A stretch of 64,000 bases of DNA, from contig NC_092344.1 in NCBI RefSeq assembly GCF_963676685.1, positions 98,642,001-98,706,000 of the forward strand, given 5' to 3'. The translations under genes and the position numbers were made by a program. How positions within the stretch are numbered: the stretch's first letter is position 1; the number at the start of each line of letters is the position of its first letter. Positions 14,001 through 26,000 of this stretch are shown here, piece after piece. The notes under the pieces are model-generated. The model made no database searches, was not told the origin of the DNA, and saw only the letters and a program-made list of their open reading frames with translations. The DNA is from Mytilus edulis. Its lineage: Eukaryota.

Positions 14001-15954
14001 CTAGTTTTAATTCAACCATTTTCTGGTTCTTTTTTGCTATAATACATAACCTACATATAATGAATTTCTGGTGTGGCTTCAGATTTCAGAAGAGAGCTAT
14101 TGATAATTGTAATAAGAAAGTAAAGGTTAAGGAAATAAATAATTATTTTCTTGAATCATATTTTATATATACATTTGTATGTAAAGTATTACCTGTTGCA
14201 GTAGCTTCTAAATTGGTTCTAGGAGATGTGGCATGAGGATCTACTTCATGGTCATCCTTTGTTGGTTCTGTCTCTGTTCCCATACTTTGTTGTGTGGGTT
14301 GAGGTGTGCCTGGAGGGGCTGGTATATCTGTACTTTCTTTGGTTTTGTCCTTTTCGGGTGCATCAGGTTTTGCCTCAGTCTGTTCCTCTGTTTTTTCCTC
14401 TACTTTTTCCTCTGTTTGTCCTTCAGTCTTTGCCTCTGTTTGTTCCTCAACTTTTTCATCCTCTTGTTTTTGTTCTTCATCTTCTGTTTTTTCTTCGGTT
14501 TGTCCCACAGCAGGTTCTTCTTTTTTCTCTTCTGTTTGTTCCTCCTGTTTTCCTGTTTCCTCTTGAGATTGTTCTTCCTGTTTTTGTTCTGTTGGTTCTT
14601 CCTTCTTTTCTTCTGAATAACAATACGTGAATTTGCATTAAGTTAGTAAAAACTTAAATCAACAAAACTATAATAGAGGATATCTATACAGATTCATCAA
14701 AGTGTAAAAAAGATTGTTAATTCCTGAACATTCCATATTTTCAATCAGTACTTTTGGGAGATCTGATAAGTCCATTTACAGTTTGTTTGCAATTATGTGA
14801 ATTTTTTTAATTGAAATTGCACAATCATTGCGACGATTTGATCAACAATAAAACATTTCTTTTTTTTAACCTAATTATATAAATCTTTAACAATCATTTA
14901 TCATTGGATCTTATAAGATAGGAAAAAAGTCTATATGAAAGTCTCATTACAAATATTGAAGGTAACATATCAATTAATTGAATGTAGATTAAAATAATTT
15001 ATCAAATACATGTACTTAGCATTGATATGATAGCTTTTGCATATGTGTAATGAGCGGAAGTACACAAGCCATAAATTCCCACCCGGGCTGATAACCCATA
15101 TCAGGTGCATCTCGTGCACAAAACCCATAATAGTGCCTCTCATGCAAGTTACTTCCGGTGTTTCCGGTATCGATTGTTTACTTTTCTTCCATTGTGACGT
15201 TAATATTTTTTATGATGACGTCAAAATAACGGGAACTTTTGTGGGGATAGTTTAATACTTGCTAACAAATGCCATTGACAATTATGAATCATTTTATAGT
15301 ACAACAAACATGGAGTAATACTGATTATACAACTCTTCCAACTTTTCAATATGCCTCTATAGGAAATGTTACCAAAAATATATATGAAGGTAGTGATGCT
15401 GTTGTTGGAAAATTATAGTATATTTGATTTATAATTTAACTTCTTTATAAAGTTTTTGACTGTTTTAGTTATTGCATTTGTTTATTTGCCTTACATAAAA
15501 CTATTGTCGGAAGTATATGATAAAGCGATTAATACATGGCCTTTTCCATATCAGCCTGGGTATCATTCCTCAACCCATATCAGCACCTCGACTCCGTCTC
15601 GGGCTGATATGGGGGTCTCGGGATGATATCCAGGCTGATATGGAAAAGGCCATGTATTAATCTCTATATATTGATATGTATCTTTGATATTTTAAACAGT
15701 GGTCTTGTTAGCCCAAAATAGAAGGGCGCCGCTATGGTTGGTACACCATTACTTATATGACAAATGTATCATTGCTGTAACCCACCTTCTTGTTGTGGTA
15801 CTTCAGTGGCAGTCTGTGTGACTGGTTCAGTTTGTTCTGCCACTGGTTCTTCTGTTTTCACGGCATCTCCTGTTGGAACTTCCTGTTGTACAGTTTCTTC
15901 AGTCTTTTCTTCCTGAACTTGGTCTGTGGGAGCACTTCCCACCTGATCTGCCAT
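8079..15954 (-). CDS. IQUB: IQ motif and ubiquitin-like domain-containing protein (radial spoke component), complete spliced CDS ~857 aa
   Basis: Twelve GT-AG exons join in phase: 15954-15786, 14612-14193, 13553-13419, 13070-12897, 12420-12089, 11904-11694, 11262-11087, 10815-10645, 10107-9931, 9709-9461, 8921-8736, 8252-8079 (TAA); total 2574 nt. The protein has an acidic N-terminus, a ubiquitin-like domain ([31 protein letters not shown]...), [18 protein letters not shown], an IQ motif ([14 protein letters not shown]) and a C-terminal [17 protein letters not shown], all typical of IQUB. Confidence 0.93.
14193..14612 (-). repeat. Coding low-complexity E/K/Q/T repeat (EEQT/EEKT-like, ~12-nt period) in an IQUB exon
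   Basis: Translation [31 protein letters not shown]...[27 protein letters not shown]. Confidence 0.8.
15042..15667. mobile_element. Non-autonomous DNA element ending in a long palindrome (15527-15662)
   Basis: Perfect 33-bp inverted repeat GATTAATACATGGCCTTTTCCATATCAGCCTGG plus an inner stem; cgggctgata is repeated near the left end (~15084). Confidence 0.6.
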
Positions 15955-16977
15955 TTTCTGTAATTTGAAACAAAAATAAATTTACATCTTTAATAACTGG
16001 AAACTACATGTAAAATTTACTTTTTGAAGCAGTATCAAATTCGACTACAAACTTGTAATTATTAAAATTGAGAATGGAAATTGGTTATATTAATGTTGTG
16101 GAAGACAAAAGTTCCTGGAATGGTCTTATTTTTAATCAACACCGTTTTCCTCTATTAGTTATATTTAAAGTGGTATTCTTTTATCTGTTGTTTTTATATG
16201 GTGCTGGCTAACGGATTGGACCTGGTTATTTTAGTAGTATTAATGTAGATGAAAAAAGTGTGACTATAACACATCAGTCAAGCTATATTCTATGCAGCAT
16301 GTATGTTCAATTGGGGGAAATGTTTCAATGATTCTTTCTTTTTAAATCCACATAACAAGTGTACATGTAACTGAAAACAACCATGGCTAATAAATTGACC
16401 AAAGTACTCCTTGTAAAGTATATTTTTGGATTGTTTTTTTTTTATAACATCAAAATAAAAATCATAGAATTGAGTCTTTAATCTAGCACATGGTACAATT
16501 AATTACAAAATTGTGAATGATGCATACAAACTTGAAAGCCTTTTGATAGTGATCTGGATTGACAAAACAGCAATGTACTTAGTATAACTTTATGGGAAAT
16601 TGTCCAACATGTAGTAGAAGTAAAAAAAAAAAAAAAATTTATATTTTCATGATCATGTAAATCTATTTTCTGCGAATCATGATTGACAAAAAAATCAACT
16701 CGTGAATCGTGATGAGACACACCCCACATGACATAATACGATGTATGCAAACATCTTATCTGACAAAATTTATAAAGGTCAATTGACCTTGGATAGCCCA
16801 ACTAAGTTCATAGTTCAAAGCATTTGAATTTATTGTTGGTCCCACTGTCTATATCACTATATGCTCAGCTCTAATAACTTCTGTATCACAGCTTTGTGAC
16901 GTCAACTACGTTGACCCTGCATTAATAACTTTGATGTTGACCGATGTGGATAAGTTTGACCCAAGTTGACACTCAAG

Positions 16978-17672
16978 TGAACCTTTTTTGGTGAGTGAGC
17001 ATAGCGAGCTAAAAAAGATTCACATCATGTCGAGTGTCTGATATTTTACGATATTTATATGAAGATAACCCAATTATCTGTTTATCTGATATCACTGGTC
17101 TTTACCCTCTTCCTAAAACAGTTATACACTTGACCAAAGCAAGTTTGATAACGTCTCCTCTCGCATTGTGACGTCACTGATAACTTCTCCTCTCACATCA
17201 TTCACATTGTGATGTCGCTGATAATGTCTGATCTCATTTTGAAGCCTTGATACAAAAATTACAGAGTGACAGAGCAGGGTTATATAGGCATAGGGAAGGA
17301 CGACAAGTATAGATTATCGGGTTTTCTACACATTGATATTTTACGATATCTATACGAAGAAAACCTGATTATCTTTTTATCGTTCTATTACTGGTCATTT
17401 CTTTCTCCCTAAGACAGTTTTACGCTTGACAAAATCAAGCTTGATAACGTCTCCTCTCGCATTGTGATGTCGCTGATGACTTCTCCTCTCACATTGTGAC
17501 GTCGCTGATAATGCCTGGTCTCGTTTTAAAGTCTTGATACGAGAATTACGGAGCAACAGAGCAGGGTGATATAGACGAAAGAAAGAACGATAATGTAAAA
17601 TATCAGCTACTCAACACAATATGAAGGTTTTTTTTTATCTTGTTCGCTGCTCTCACTCAACAAAAAGATTCA
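16978..17672. mobile_element. MITE-like element with ~75-bp imperfect TIRs and an internal ~295-bp tandem duplication
   Basis: 16978-17049 matches the reverse complement of 17596-17672; duplicated units start at ~17040 and ~17335. Confidence 0.65.
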
Positions 17673-17689
17673 TATTGTGACTCGCTGCT

Positions 17690-18177
17690 AATATGGGGAC
17701 GAAGTCCCCAATAACAGTAGAAAATTCAATAAAAAAAAAATTCGGGAAAATTTCCCGAATTTTTCATTGTACTAATGAACTCAAAATCGTTCAATTTTTT
17801 TTATGTCATGTTTTGAAATCCCGGACATGCGCAGAAATGTACAATGTACTTCCTTTTTCCGGTCTCGTTGTATGAAACTTTGAGTAAAATATATATTTAT
17901 CAGTCTAGTATAAAATAGGAAGGAACGCGCAATACCAATTTCATTTTTAATAATTCCTTGATATGAAAAAAACGTTACCTGATGATAGCGTTTCGTTGTT
18001 TACATTGCATATGACGTCATAATTTAAATAACGTCACAACTAAAATCCCTAACAACAAAACCAAAATTGGAAACGTTACGGTATTTCCGTTTCTTTTTTT
18101 TAACAAATATTTAAGTTACAAAAAAATAATTTATACAGACTTCGTCCCCATTTACAGGTAATGCCTGCCTCATATTA
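17690..18177. mobile_element. MITE/HINE-like element
   Basis: 14-bp IR ATGGGGACGAAGTC (17693) / GACTTCGTCCCCAT (18138-18151); terminal hairpin GGGGAC-gaa-GTCCCC; internal palindrome attcgggaaaatttcccgaat. Confidence 0.55.
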
Positions 18178-18370
18178 TTTTACAATATTAACATGCAGAC
18201 AACCTGATAATCGGAACCTACTGTCGTGTGTGGTACTGAACCAGTGTTAATTCCTCTAACTTGTTTAAAATCTTCTGAATAACAAAATTTATACTGACTG
18301 TGCAGCTTAACTGATCATCCAATATTTATGGAATAGTAAAATCATCATTAATAAATGTATATATATCCGT

Positions 18371-18600
18371 GTAAATATGTAAATAAAAAAAATCTACCTA
18401 AACTTTCATGTACAGAATGCCGCCATTAAAGGTTGTTTTCATGACGTCTAGGTAACCAAATGGAAGCCGAGTTGGTTTTGTAAAGCCATATCTAATTGGT
18501 CCAACGTTAACCGGTAACCAATCAAAACAGTCGTAATAAAGATCATCGGGGTGGCTTGCGCCATAACAACACAGGCAGTGCGAATATTGGAACTTTTTTT
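18371..18600. promoter_or_regulatory. Putative bidirectional promoter shared by IQUB and DNAH12
   Basis: Lies between divergent donors (minus 18397, plus 18699). RFX X-box-like sites: GACGTCTAGGTAAC 18443-18456, GTTAACCGGTAAC 18506-18518, TGCGCCATAACAAC 18557-18570. Oppositely oriented CCAAT boxes at 18495-18499 and 18518-18522. YY1-like GCCGCCATT at 18419-18427. Forkhead-like GTAAATA at 18371 and 18379. Confidence 0.6.
18398..18440 (-). other. IQUB: Putative non-coding first exon of IQUB
   Basis: The IQUB ATG is only 3 nt after an acceptor (tttcaaattacag|AAAATG at 15957), so an upstream 5'UTR exon is required. A minus-strand donor TTTAG|GTAGAT at 18398/18397 lies next to the CpG-richer promoter patch. 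The TSS is unknown. Confidence 0.5.
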
Positions 18601-18698
18601 GAACTTTTATATTTTTTGGTCAAAATTGAGACAATGTAATCACCAAAGGAATTACAAATCAAACATAAGGTGTATTTATTAAAAGTTTTAAGCCAACG
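18570..18698 (+). other. DNAH12: Putative non-coding first exon of the dynein gene
   Basis: The dynein ATG (20094) directly follows an acceptor (tatttatacag|ATG). There is a consensus donor CG|GTAAGT at 18698/18699. The start coordinate is approximate. Confidence 0.55.
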
Positions 18699-20093
18699 GT
18701 AAGTATTACAATGTTGAAAAACCCAAGAAAAGTGTGAATATGGTCAATGCATTGGTATTGGTTTTGTAATTATTTGTTGGATTTGGCATTGACATTTGTT
18801 TATGGCATTGTGCCATCTGAAGCATTGTCTCGAATCGTTTTATAAGGTCCATGTATATTGCTTTAAAAAACTAACAACCTCTTGGGTAAGGGAAAATTAA
18901 ATGTAACAGTTGGGGCAAGCACCTGCTAACAGCGAAAGAAGATAAATTTGTGATTACAACAGTAAGACAGTAGATACGAAGTATTGTTATAAATAATATG
19001 ATAATTTGCAAAATACATGTCTTTAGAATAGTTTGAAATTATAAATTATATAAAGCTGTAGTTTAAATAATTACATGTATGTTGTCTTGAAAGGCTATTT
19101 TATATTTTTACTGTGACGGTTTCCTATATTAAGTATATAATACACCTTATCGCTATTTGTTTGCCATTACTGTACATCGCAAAGGTTCAGCTAAAAATTT
19201 GACGTAACTATAAAATATCTGACGCTTCAATCATTGAATGGGAAAGTGTTTTTGTGAGATGTCAAAAGTTCAAGGAGCGCAGATTCTTTGTGGGTCAACT
19301 GATGCAGAATTCTAAATAGGTGTATGCTGACAGCTAGACTTTTATATATACTTTATGAGGTTCATGTATATATACACAAATTCTCTCAATTTTAATTTTT
19401 GTGATTGCTGGTGCAAAATATTTCCAATGATTTTCAAATGTAATAAAGACAAGTGTATTTAATTTACAATTCCAGCAGGGTCGACAATCATCTACATTGT
19501 ATTACTTCTTACAAGATCCTTCACTTTTGGAGACAATAAAATGAATCTACAAACTCTATGATGGACCCTAATTTTCTGGATTATGAAAATAGAATGTTTC
19601 AAAATTTGTTGGATCATCAAATTTTACAGTTAAGGAAAACAAAAATGTACTATATGTTTAAAATGATTATGACTATGAGGCAGTTTAAAGCACCTTTTTA
19701 GTATGAATTTAGAATATGTTGAACTTTACCTCTATTGGATAGTCAGTCGAATCCTTTATCCTGAAGCTAGATTCTCTTGAAGCTTATTATATAAATCAAC
19801 TTTTTAGTTCTGGATTTTATTTTATTCATAGATTTACATTTGGCTGCCTGAATAGCTTGTCAAAACCCAGATAAATGAATAAAATCTTCTAAGCTGGGAA
19901 TATAATTTTCCTACTTATTTTGAAAGTCATGAATGTGTACCCGAATGTAGTGAAAACTGATACATCTTTACTGAGGGCAACTTTACACATTCATGAACCG
20001 GTAGTAAAATTGTATTCAGGTTTCACACAAAGGCAAAGCAATAATATAATATGATATTTACCAATATTCCTATATTCTCTTATATTTATACAG

Positions 20094-23000
20094 ATGACAT
20101 CTATGAGTGGAAAAGCCTCCACAAATGGAGCGTCCAATGGTGTTAATGGATTACCTAATGGCAATTCTAATGGACCTCAGAGGACCAAACTTGGAAGTAT
20201 TGGACCTAATGGATATCCAAGACTTCCCCCAATCAGTAAACCACAGAAGAGAGGTGATGACCCCTATGCCAACAGTAAACTGATGACTTACAGGTTGGCC
20301 AATGCCAAACAAGCCATGCTGATGAATATTTTGTAAGTTTTACCAAATTTATCTTAAATTATTATGATTATAAGAGTAACAAGTATACATGTATGTATTT
20401 ATATTATATTTGTCATGTAGATATACCATATTTTAAAATTTTGTATGACAGAATATATCATATCTGGATTTTTTATTTGAATAGAAGTGCTATTTATTTG
20501 TTTATTTATATATCACTCAGAGTTCATTCTACATGTTCTATTGTTTTAATATATATGAAATCATACATTGTGTCATACTTGAAGTTTCAAAATAGAAAAT
20601 AGAAAAACAAAATGTCTCATCATAGAGTCAGTAAAGAAGAAGATATTTTATTTCCAATTATGGGCCCCAAAGGGCATAAACATTACAACATCAATAATTT
20701 TCATAATACAATACAAATTATGATATAAAAAAAAAAGTAAATGATCATAGAAAATAAAGTGACTGCTGATTCCAAATGAAAAAAAAAGTTTAGTAAAAAT
20801 TAACTTAATTTGTTATTTATTTTATAGAACTGAAAAATCCATGCAGGATTATGAAGAGACCCAAGAATTAAACAGCATTGCCCCAGAAAAACCACCAAGT
20901 CCAGACTATCCTCCAGAGGTAGGAGCTTTATGCTATCTATTATTTTTGGTTATCTGTTGTCATGATGATACTGCATTGTCTCTAAGTTTATAAGAAGTGG
21001 TAAAACAATTCGAATTATATACTAATCCAATACTATTTATTTGGCCCATAAATTTTCCTATAACAATTTTTTTTTATCACAGGTTGGTGATTTTGATTAA
21101 ATAGAAAACTAAATGTAGATAGTTCTATTCATGACCTGAATGAGAGGATTTAAAGTGACTGATTTCCTTGAAATAGAATTGTACATATCGATGGCTTAAT
21201 TGACCCTCTACAATGTTTCTGAAATGTTAATACATGTATGTTCATAAAAAAATGACATTATAAATGGGAGCAAATGTTCAAAGCTCTATAGTTTTAGTCA
21301 TATCTCTGTTTGGAATCTTATATATATTGAGACTAAATATTTTATATTCCCATATACTGTATTATTTAAATTTCCTGGTAAGTTTGAACAAATTGTGATT
21401 TCTAATTGATCATTGTTTGGAGGGAATTATTGTTGTATTAGTGTTATGTTTTACACAACTTTGAACACGTTTAATTCAACCACATGCACAAGGATAAAAC
21501 ACATTAATGTCGTCATTGTAACAATGCATGCTGTATTCACCAGATGATGAGCAATGATCGTAAAATTAGGGTATGTATGTAAGGTGTAATAGAACAATGC
21601 ACATTGTAACACCCTGCACCTCAGTATTAGGGTATATTAGTTGTAGTAGTAGATGCACACTGTATATTGTATTATGTTTACATTAGATGATGGGGAAGGA
21701 TCGTAGAATCAGGGTATGTATAGGATGGTGGTAGCTTACTAATAGATCCTGTGTGTCTTAACTTAAGAAACTTTTCTTAATTGGCTAATATCTAAGAATG
21801 TCAGTATGATACTATCCAACACCCCACATATTCTACTGACTGGATTTTTAATTTTCTGAACCTATTTGACTTTATTTTTTAAAACCATTTTTTTTTCATT
21901 TAATGAGTTAATTGATTGTGACAAAAATCAAAAGAATAGAATATTTAATTGCATGGTTCCCTTTAATCCTGAAGTGAAATTACAAATCTGCCTATGAAGC
22001 CCATTTGTGTGTATTTAGCCATATTTAGAAAAGTTTCAGTTTCAGCTCTTCAAAGACATGTTTCAAATGTCCCAATAAAAATCATCTTTCTACATTAATT
22101 TTACATGTTTTTAGTTCTAAAGATAGCTATTAGTGATCTTTGCAAGTCCTGTAAAAAAGAAGATGTGGTATGATTGCCAATGAGATAACTGTCCACAAGA
22201 GACCAAAATGACACAGACATTAACAACTATAGGTCACCCTACGGCCTTCAACAATGAGCAAAGCCCATACCGCATAGTCAGCTGTAAAAGGCCTATTCTT
22301 AGGTGACTCTTAAGATATTTACATTTTAGATCTCTATCTCAATTAGAATTTTTGTATCATCAATTGTTGACTTACGAAAAATATAAAAAAAAAAATTCCA
22401 ATAAAACCCAAAGTAATTTACATACATTTTGACCAGAAATGTTTGTTTCCAGACAAATGATTATCAATTACAGAAAATATAACAAAAGCAGTACTATCAT
22501 TTCATGTTTGAAAGGCACCAGATCGAAAATGTTAATAATAAAAAAAATGATAAATCTTTGGACACAAACAGCTTAGATTCATCCATACAAATATAAATTA
22601 GTTGAGAAAAGTAAAAAAAATAACTCTGCACCTGATTCCCGATGGTTTATCCATTAAATAATTGATAACAAATCCTGAAACAGTTTTGTAATTTAGAGAA
22701 ATTTTGTTGATATTTAGAAGAGTTAGATATTTATACACTTAAATAAGTCATATGTTGTCCCCTCCATTTTTTGTTTACTCATTGTAAAGGAATTCAGGCT
22801 GACCATACCTACTGAACAAGTAATATGAGCTAGCCTATATAAATAATGAAACATGTCTTTATACTTAACCTATAGTCTTTCAGTCTAACATACCTGCTTC
22901 TTTCTGTAATACCTCTCATGTGTTGTGATTTTTATGTGTCCAAAACAAGACTATAGCTAGTATACAGTGATTATAGAACAGTATAATATGAGTATGAGGT

Positions 23001-26000
23001 TTATTGTGTATTCTCATTACATTAATGTCTCGTTTGAATCACAAATTTTACATGCAAAATTACAACTTTTTATAAGTATACAATGAATTGTCACTTATAA
23101 GTCATTTGAAATAAAATGGATTTTTTTTTACATTCAAAGCAAAAAAGTCATACAGCTGGTAAATTTGCAAATTCAGTCCTGAATAGGAATGTAAATATTT
23201 AGTGACCTATTTCTTGTTGATAAAATTGAGAATAAAAATAGAGACAACAAACCATCAAAAGAACAGAAAACAGCTGAATGCCAACAATGGGTCTTTTACA
23301 CAGTGAGAAAAATCCTGCACCCGGAGACATTTTTCCCTGGGACAGGCGCACACATGTTTAGGGGTTAAAAATTCTTTGTGAGATCTAATCCCCTCCCCCC
23401 TTTATACCTCTAACCAAATTAGAAAAACGAAACACCCAGCAATACAAACAGTAAAACTCAGTTTTAAAGATGACTGTATTCTGGTCAATAGATACTGTCT
23501 CATTGACTCACACCCCATTCATTATTCATATATATTAAACTCTTTCTTGACTTGTTCATAACAGACAGTTTTGTAAGTTGGAAGTTTATTATATGGGATT
23601 GAATTACATTTACCTCAGGTTTAAAACTTTTTTTATTTTTTTATCAAATTTCACCATGATTTGATACATTTCCAAATATTATCATTATTTACTCTAAAAA
23701 TGCCGGTAATGATCAGCTGTTTGGCTAACACAATTGACCTCTGTTTTTAAGCAGAATGTCTACCTACATTGAAGTTTAATAGACTACAACAAACTATTGA
23801 TCATATTGATTAAACATTTTTTAAAGATCATTTATTGAACCTACACTTGGTAGTTTTCCAATTATTAATAAATATTTATTTTCATAGAGAATATTTAAAA
23901 CTCTACTTTGGCAAATGAGTTTGAAAATATTTATTTTTTATTATGCATGATCATACTGATTATTTACTGAAAAATAACATAAAAAAGTAAAAACTAGAAA
24001 CTCTGAGGGACCAGTACACATTTCCAATATTTATGTAGAAAAAAAAACCCATTTCATTCACTGCATAAATTTAAAAATAGACACTACATTTTTTTGAACT
24101 CAAAAAGATATTTATGTTCTAGTTATAAACCTAACCTACAAAAAAGAATCATGAGTCATATAGATCAGGTAAATGAAATAATTTTCTTGGCTCTAATAGT
24201 CTATTCATGATAATTCATCTAGGAATACATTATATGTATTAGTTGAATAAATTATGTTTGAAGCTTTCGCTATAAGAGCTCTAACTCTTATTCTTTTAAG
24301 AAAAAAATGCAGTCATCTATCACATGATTTATCATTTTAAATGACTAAATACCCATCCTTTAATTGCACAGATAGTACAGTTCCAGTAAAACTAAACTCA
24401 TTGATAATACAACCTATTTCTTACAACAATAAAAAAGAAACAATTCAACACATAAGCTCATTGTGAGTTACAGGACCTTCAAAAATCCAAATGAAACAAA
24501 ACTTATGTTTCCAGAATAAGTAATGTTTGATTAGTTCCCCTTGAAAGTGTACTATGTAAAAGCTGTATAAAGTGAAATACAGTTATACTCATATTTTTAT
24601 GCATAATTTACTACAGCTGAATTACCAATACCTGAAGAAATGTGTAGAAAGTGGACCAATCACACCTATGCAGAAAGAATGGTCAGAACATATACTGACC
24701 ATGATTCCAGAGAAACTACAAATGACTGTTCCCCTCAAAGAAGTTATCAGTGAATTGTTTGAGGAAATTAAAGAAGATTATACTGGAAGCATGAAAAAAT
24801 CCATGGGTAAATATATTTTTTTTTAAAGCTAAGAAGATGGATTTGTGGTATCTAATTCTGTATGACCCATACGACATGGTCAGGTTTAGTATCAAGTTTA
24901 CTAGGACTTTATACAGTTTCAGGGGAGATAACTTCTGTATGACCCATACGTCATGGTCAGGGTTAGTATCAAGTTTACTAGGACTTTATACAGTTTCAGG
25001 GGAGATAACTTCTGTATGACCCATACGACATGGTCAGGTTTAGTATCAAGTTTACTAGGACTTTATACAGTTTCAGGGGAGATAACTTCTGTATGACCCA
25101 TACGTCATGGTCAGGGTTAGTATCAAGTTTACTAGGACTTTATACAGTTTAAGGGGAGACAACTTTCAAAACAAGAATAATGTTCATTGTTCTGTTGCCA
25201 CAAGTTTGTTCATGATGACTTCCAATTCGTAGTAACTCAATCTAATCACAGGACTTAAACTTTTAATTATCATGTATTACATACAATGACTTTGTAAAAC
25301 AAAAGTGAAAGTTTTGCAGACTTTTTAAGGTTAAAAATGATCACTTCGATTTCAATGTAAAAAAAGCATCAAGCATCCTGTATTTGATTACTGAATCTAT
25401 TTTTAGTTCAACATGTATTAGTAAAACCAGAGGTAAAAGGACTTGATGGTGATGTAGCAGGACCACCCCCAGCAGAGCCTGAGTAAGTATATATAGGATT
25501 AGAGATCAAATGTCATAGTTCAACTTGTGTAGTTGTAGAAGTAAAAGAAAACTATAGGTAGAATTAGTAGCATATAGTCAAATCTCAGCTAGTAAGGATC
25601 ATTCTGGACTAAATGTTTTCACAGGGATATAAAACATACACATCTTTTTAGATTTCATAGTAGATATCATTACATTTCATTCATCTAATCTGATTGACTG
25701 ATATAATCAAACAACCTTTTAATGTTTTACAATAAACTTTTTTTATAATAATGACTTATTACTCAAATATTATTGAATCATAAAACTGATTTTGTATTTC
25801 CATAAAAGAATCAATCTACTGCATGCTTTTAAAAAATGTCTTCCACTTTGCTGTCTGTTGGGTTACAGGTCATATCCTTTATTTTTATTGCCATTATTTT
25901 GAATTACATGTATACATATGTTATAGATATAGTTTCATGTAAGTATTATTTCAAGTTCTTCCCAGCTATTTTTATTGTTGTGAAAGTAAATCCTATCTGG

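Noticed and set aside
14226-14630. Three overlapping plus-strand hydrophobic or Ser-rich ORFs
   Set aside because: Antisense shadows of the purine-rich IQUB repeat exon.
21625-21631. Possible third microexon (cag|TATTAGG|gtatat) between A and B
   Set aside because: Only 7 nt, frameshifting, weak donor.
24856-25163. Regular repeats as a possible CRISPR array
   Set aside because: No unique spacers, eukaryotic intron, no cas genes.
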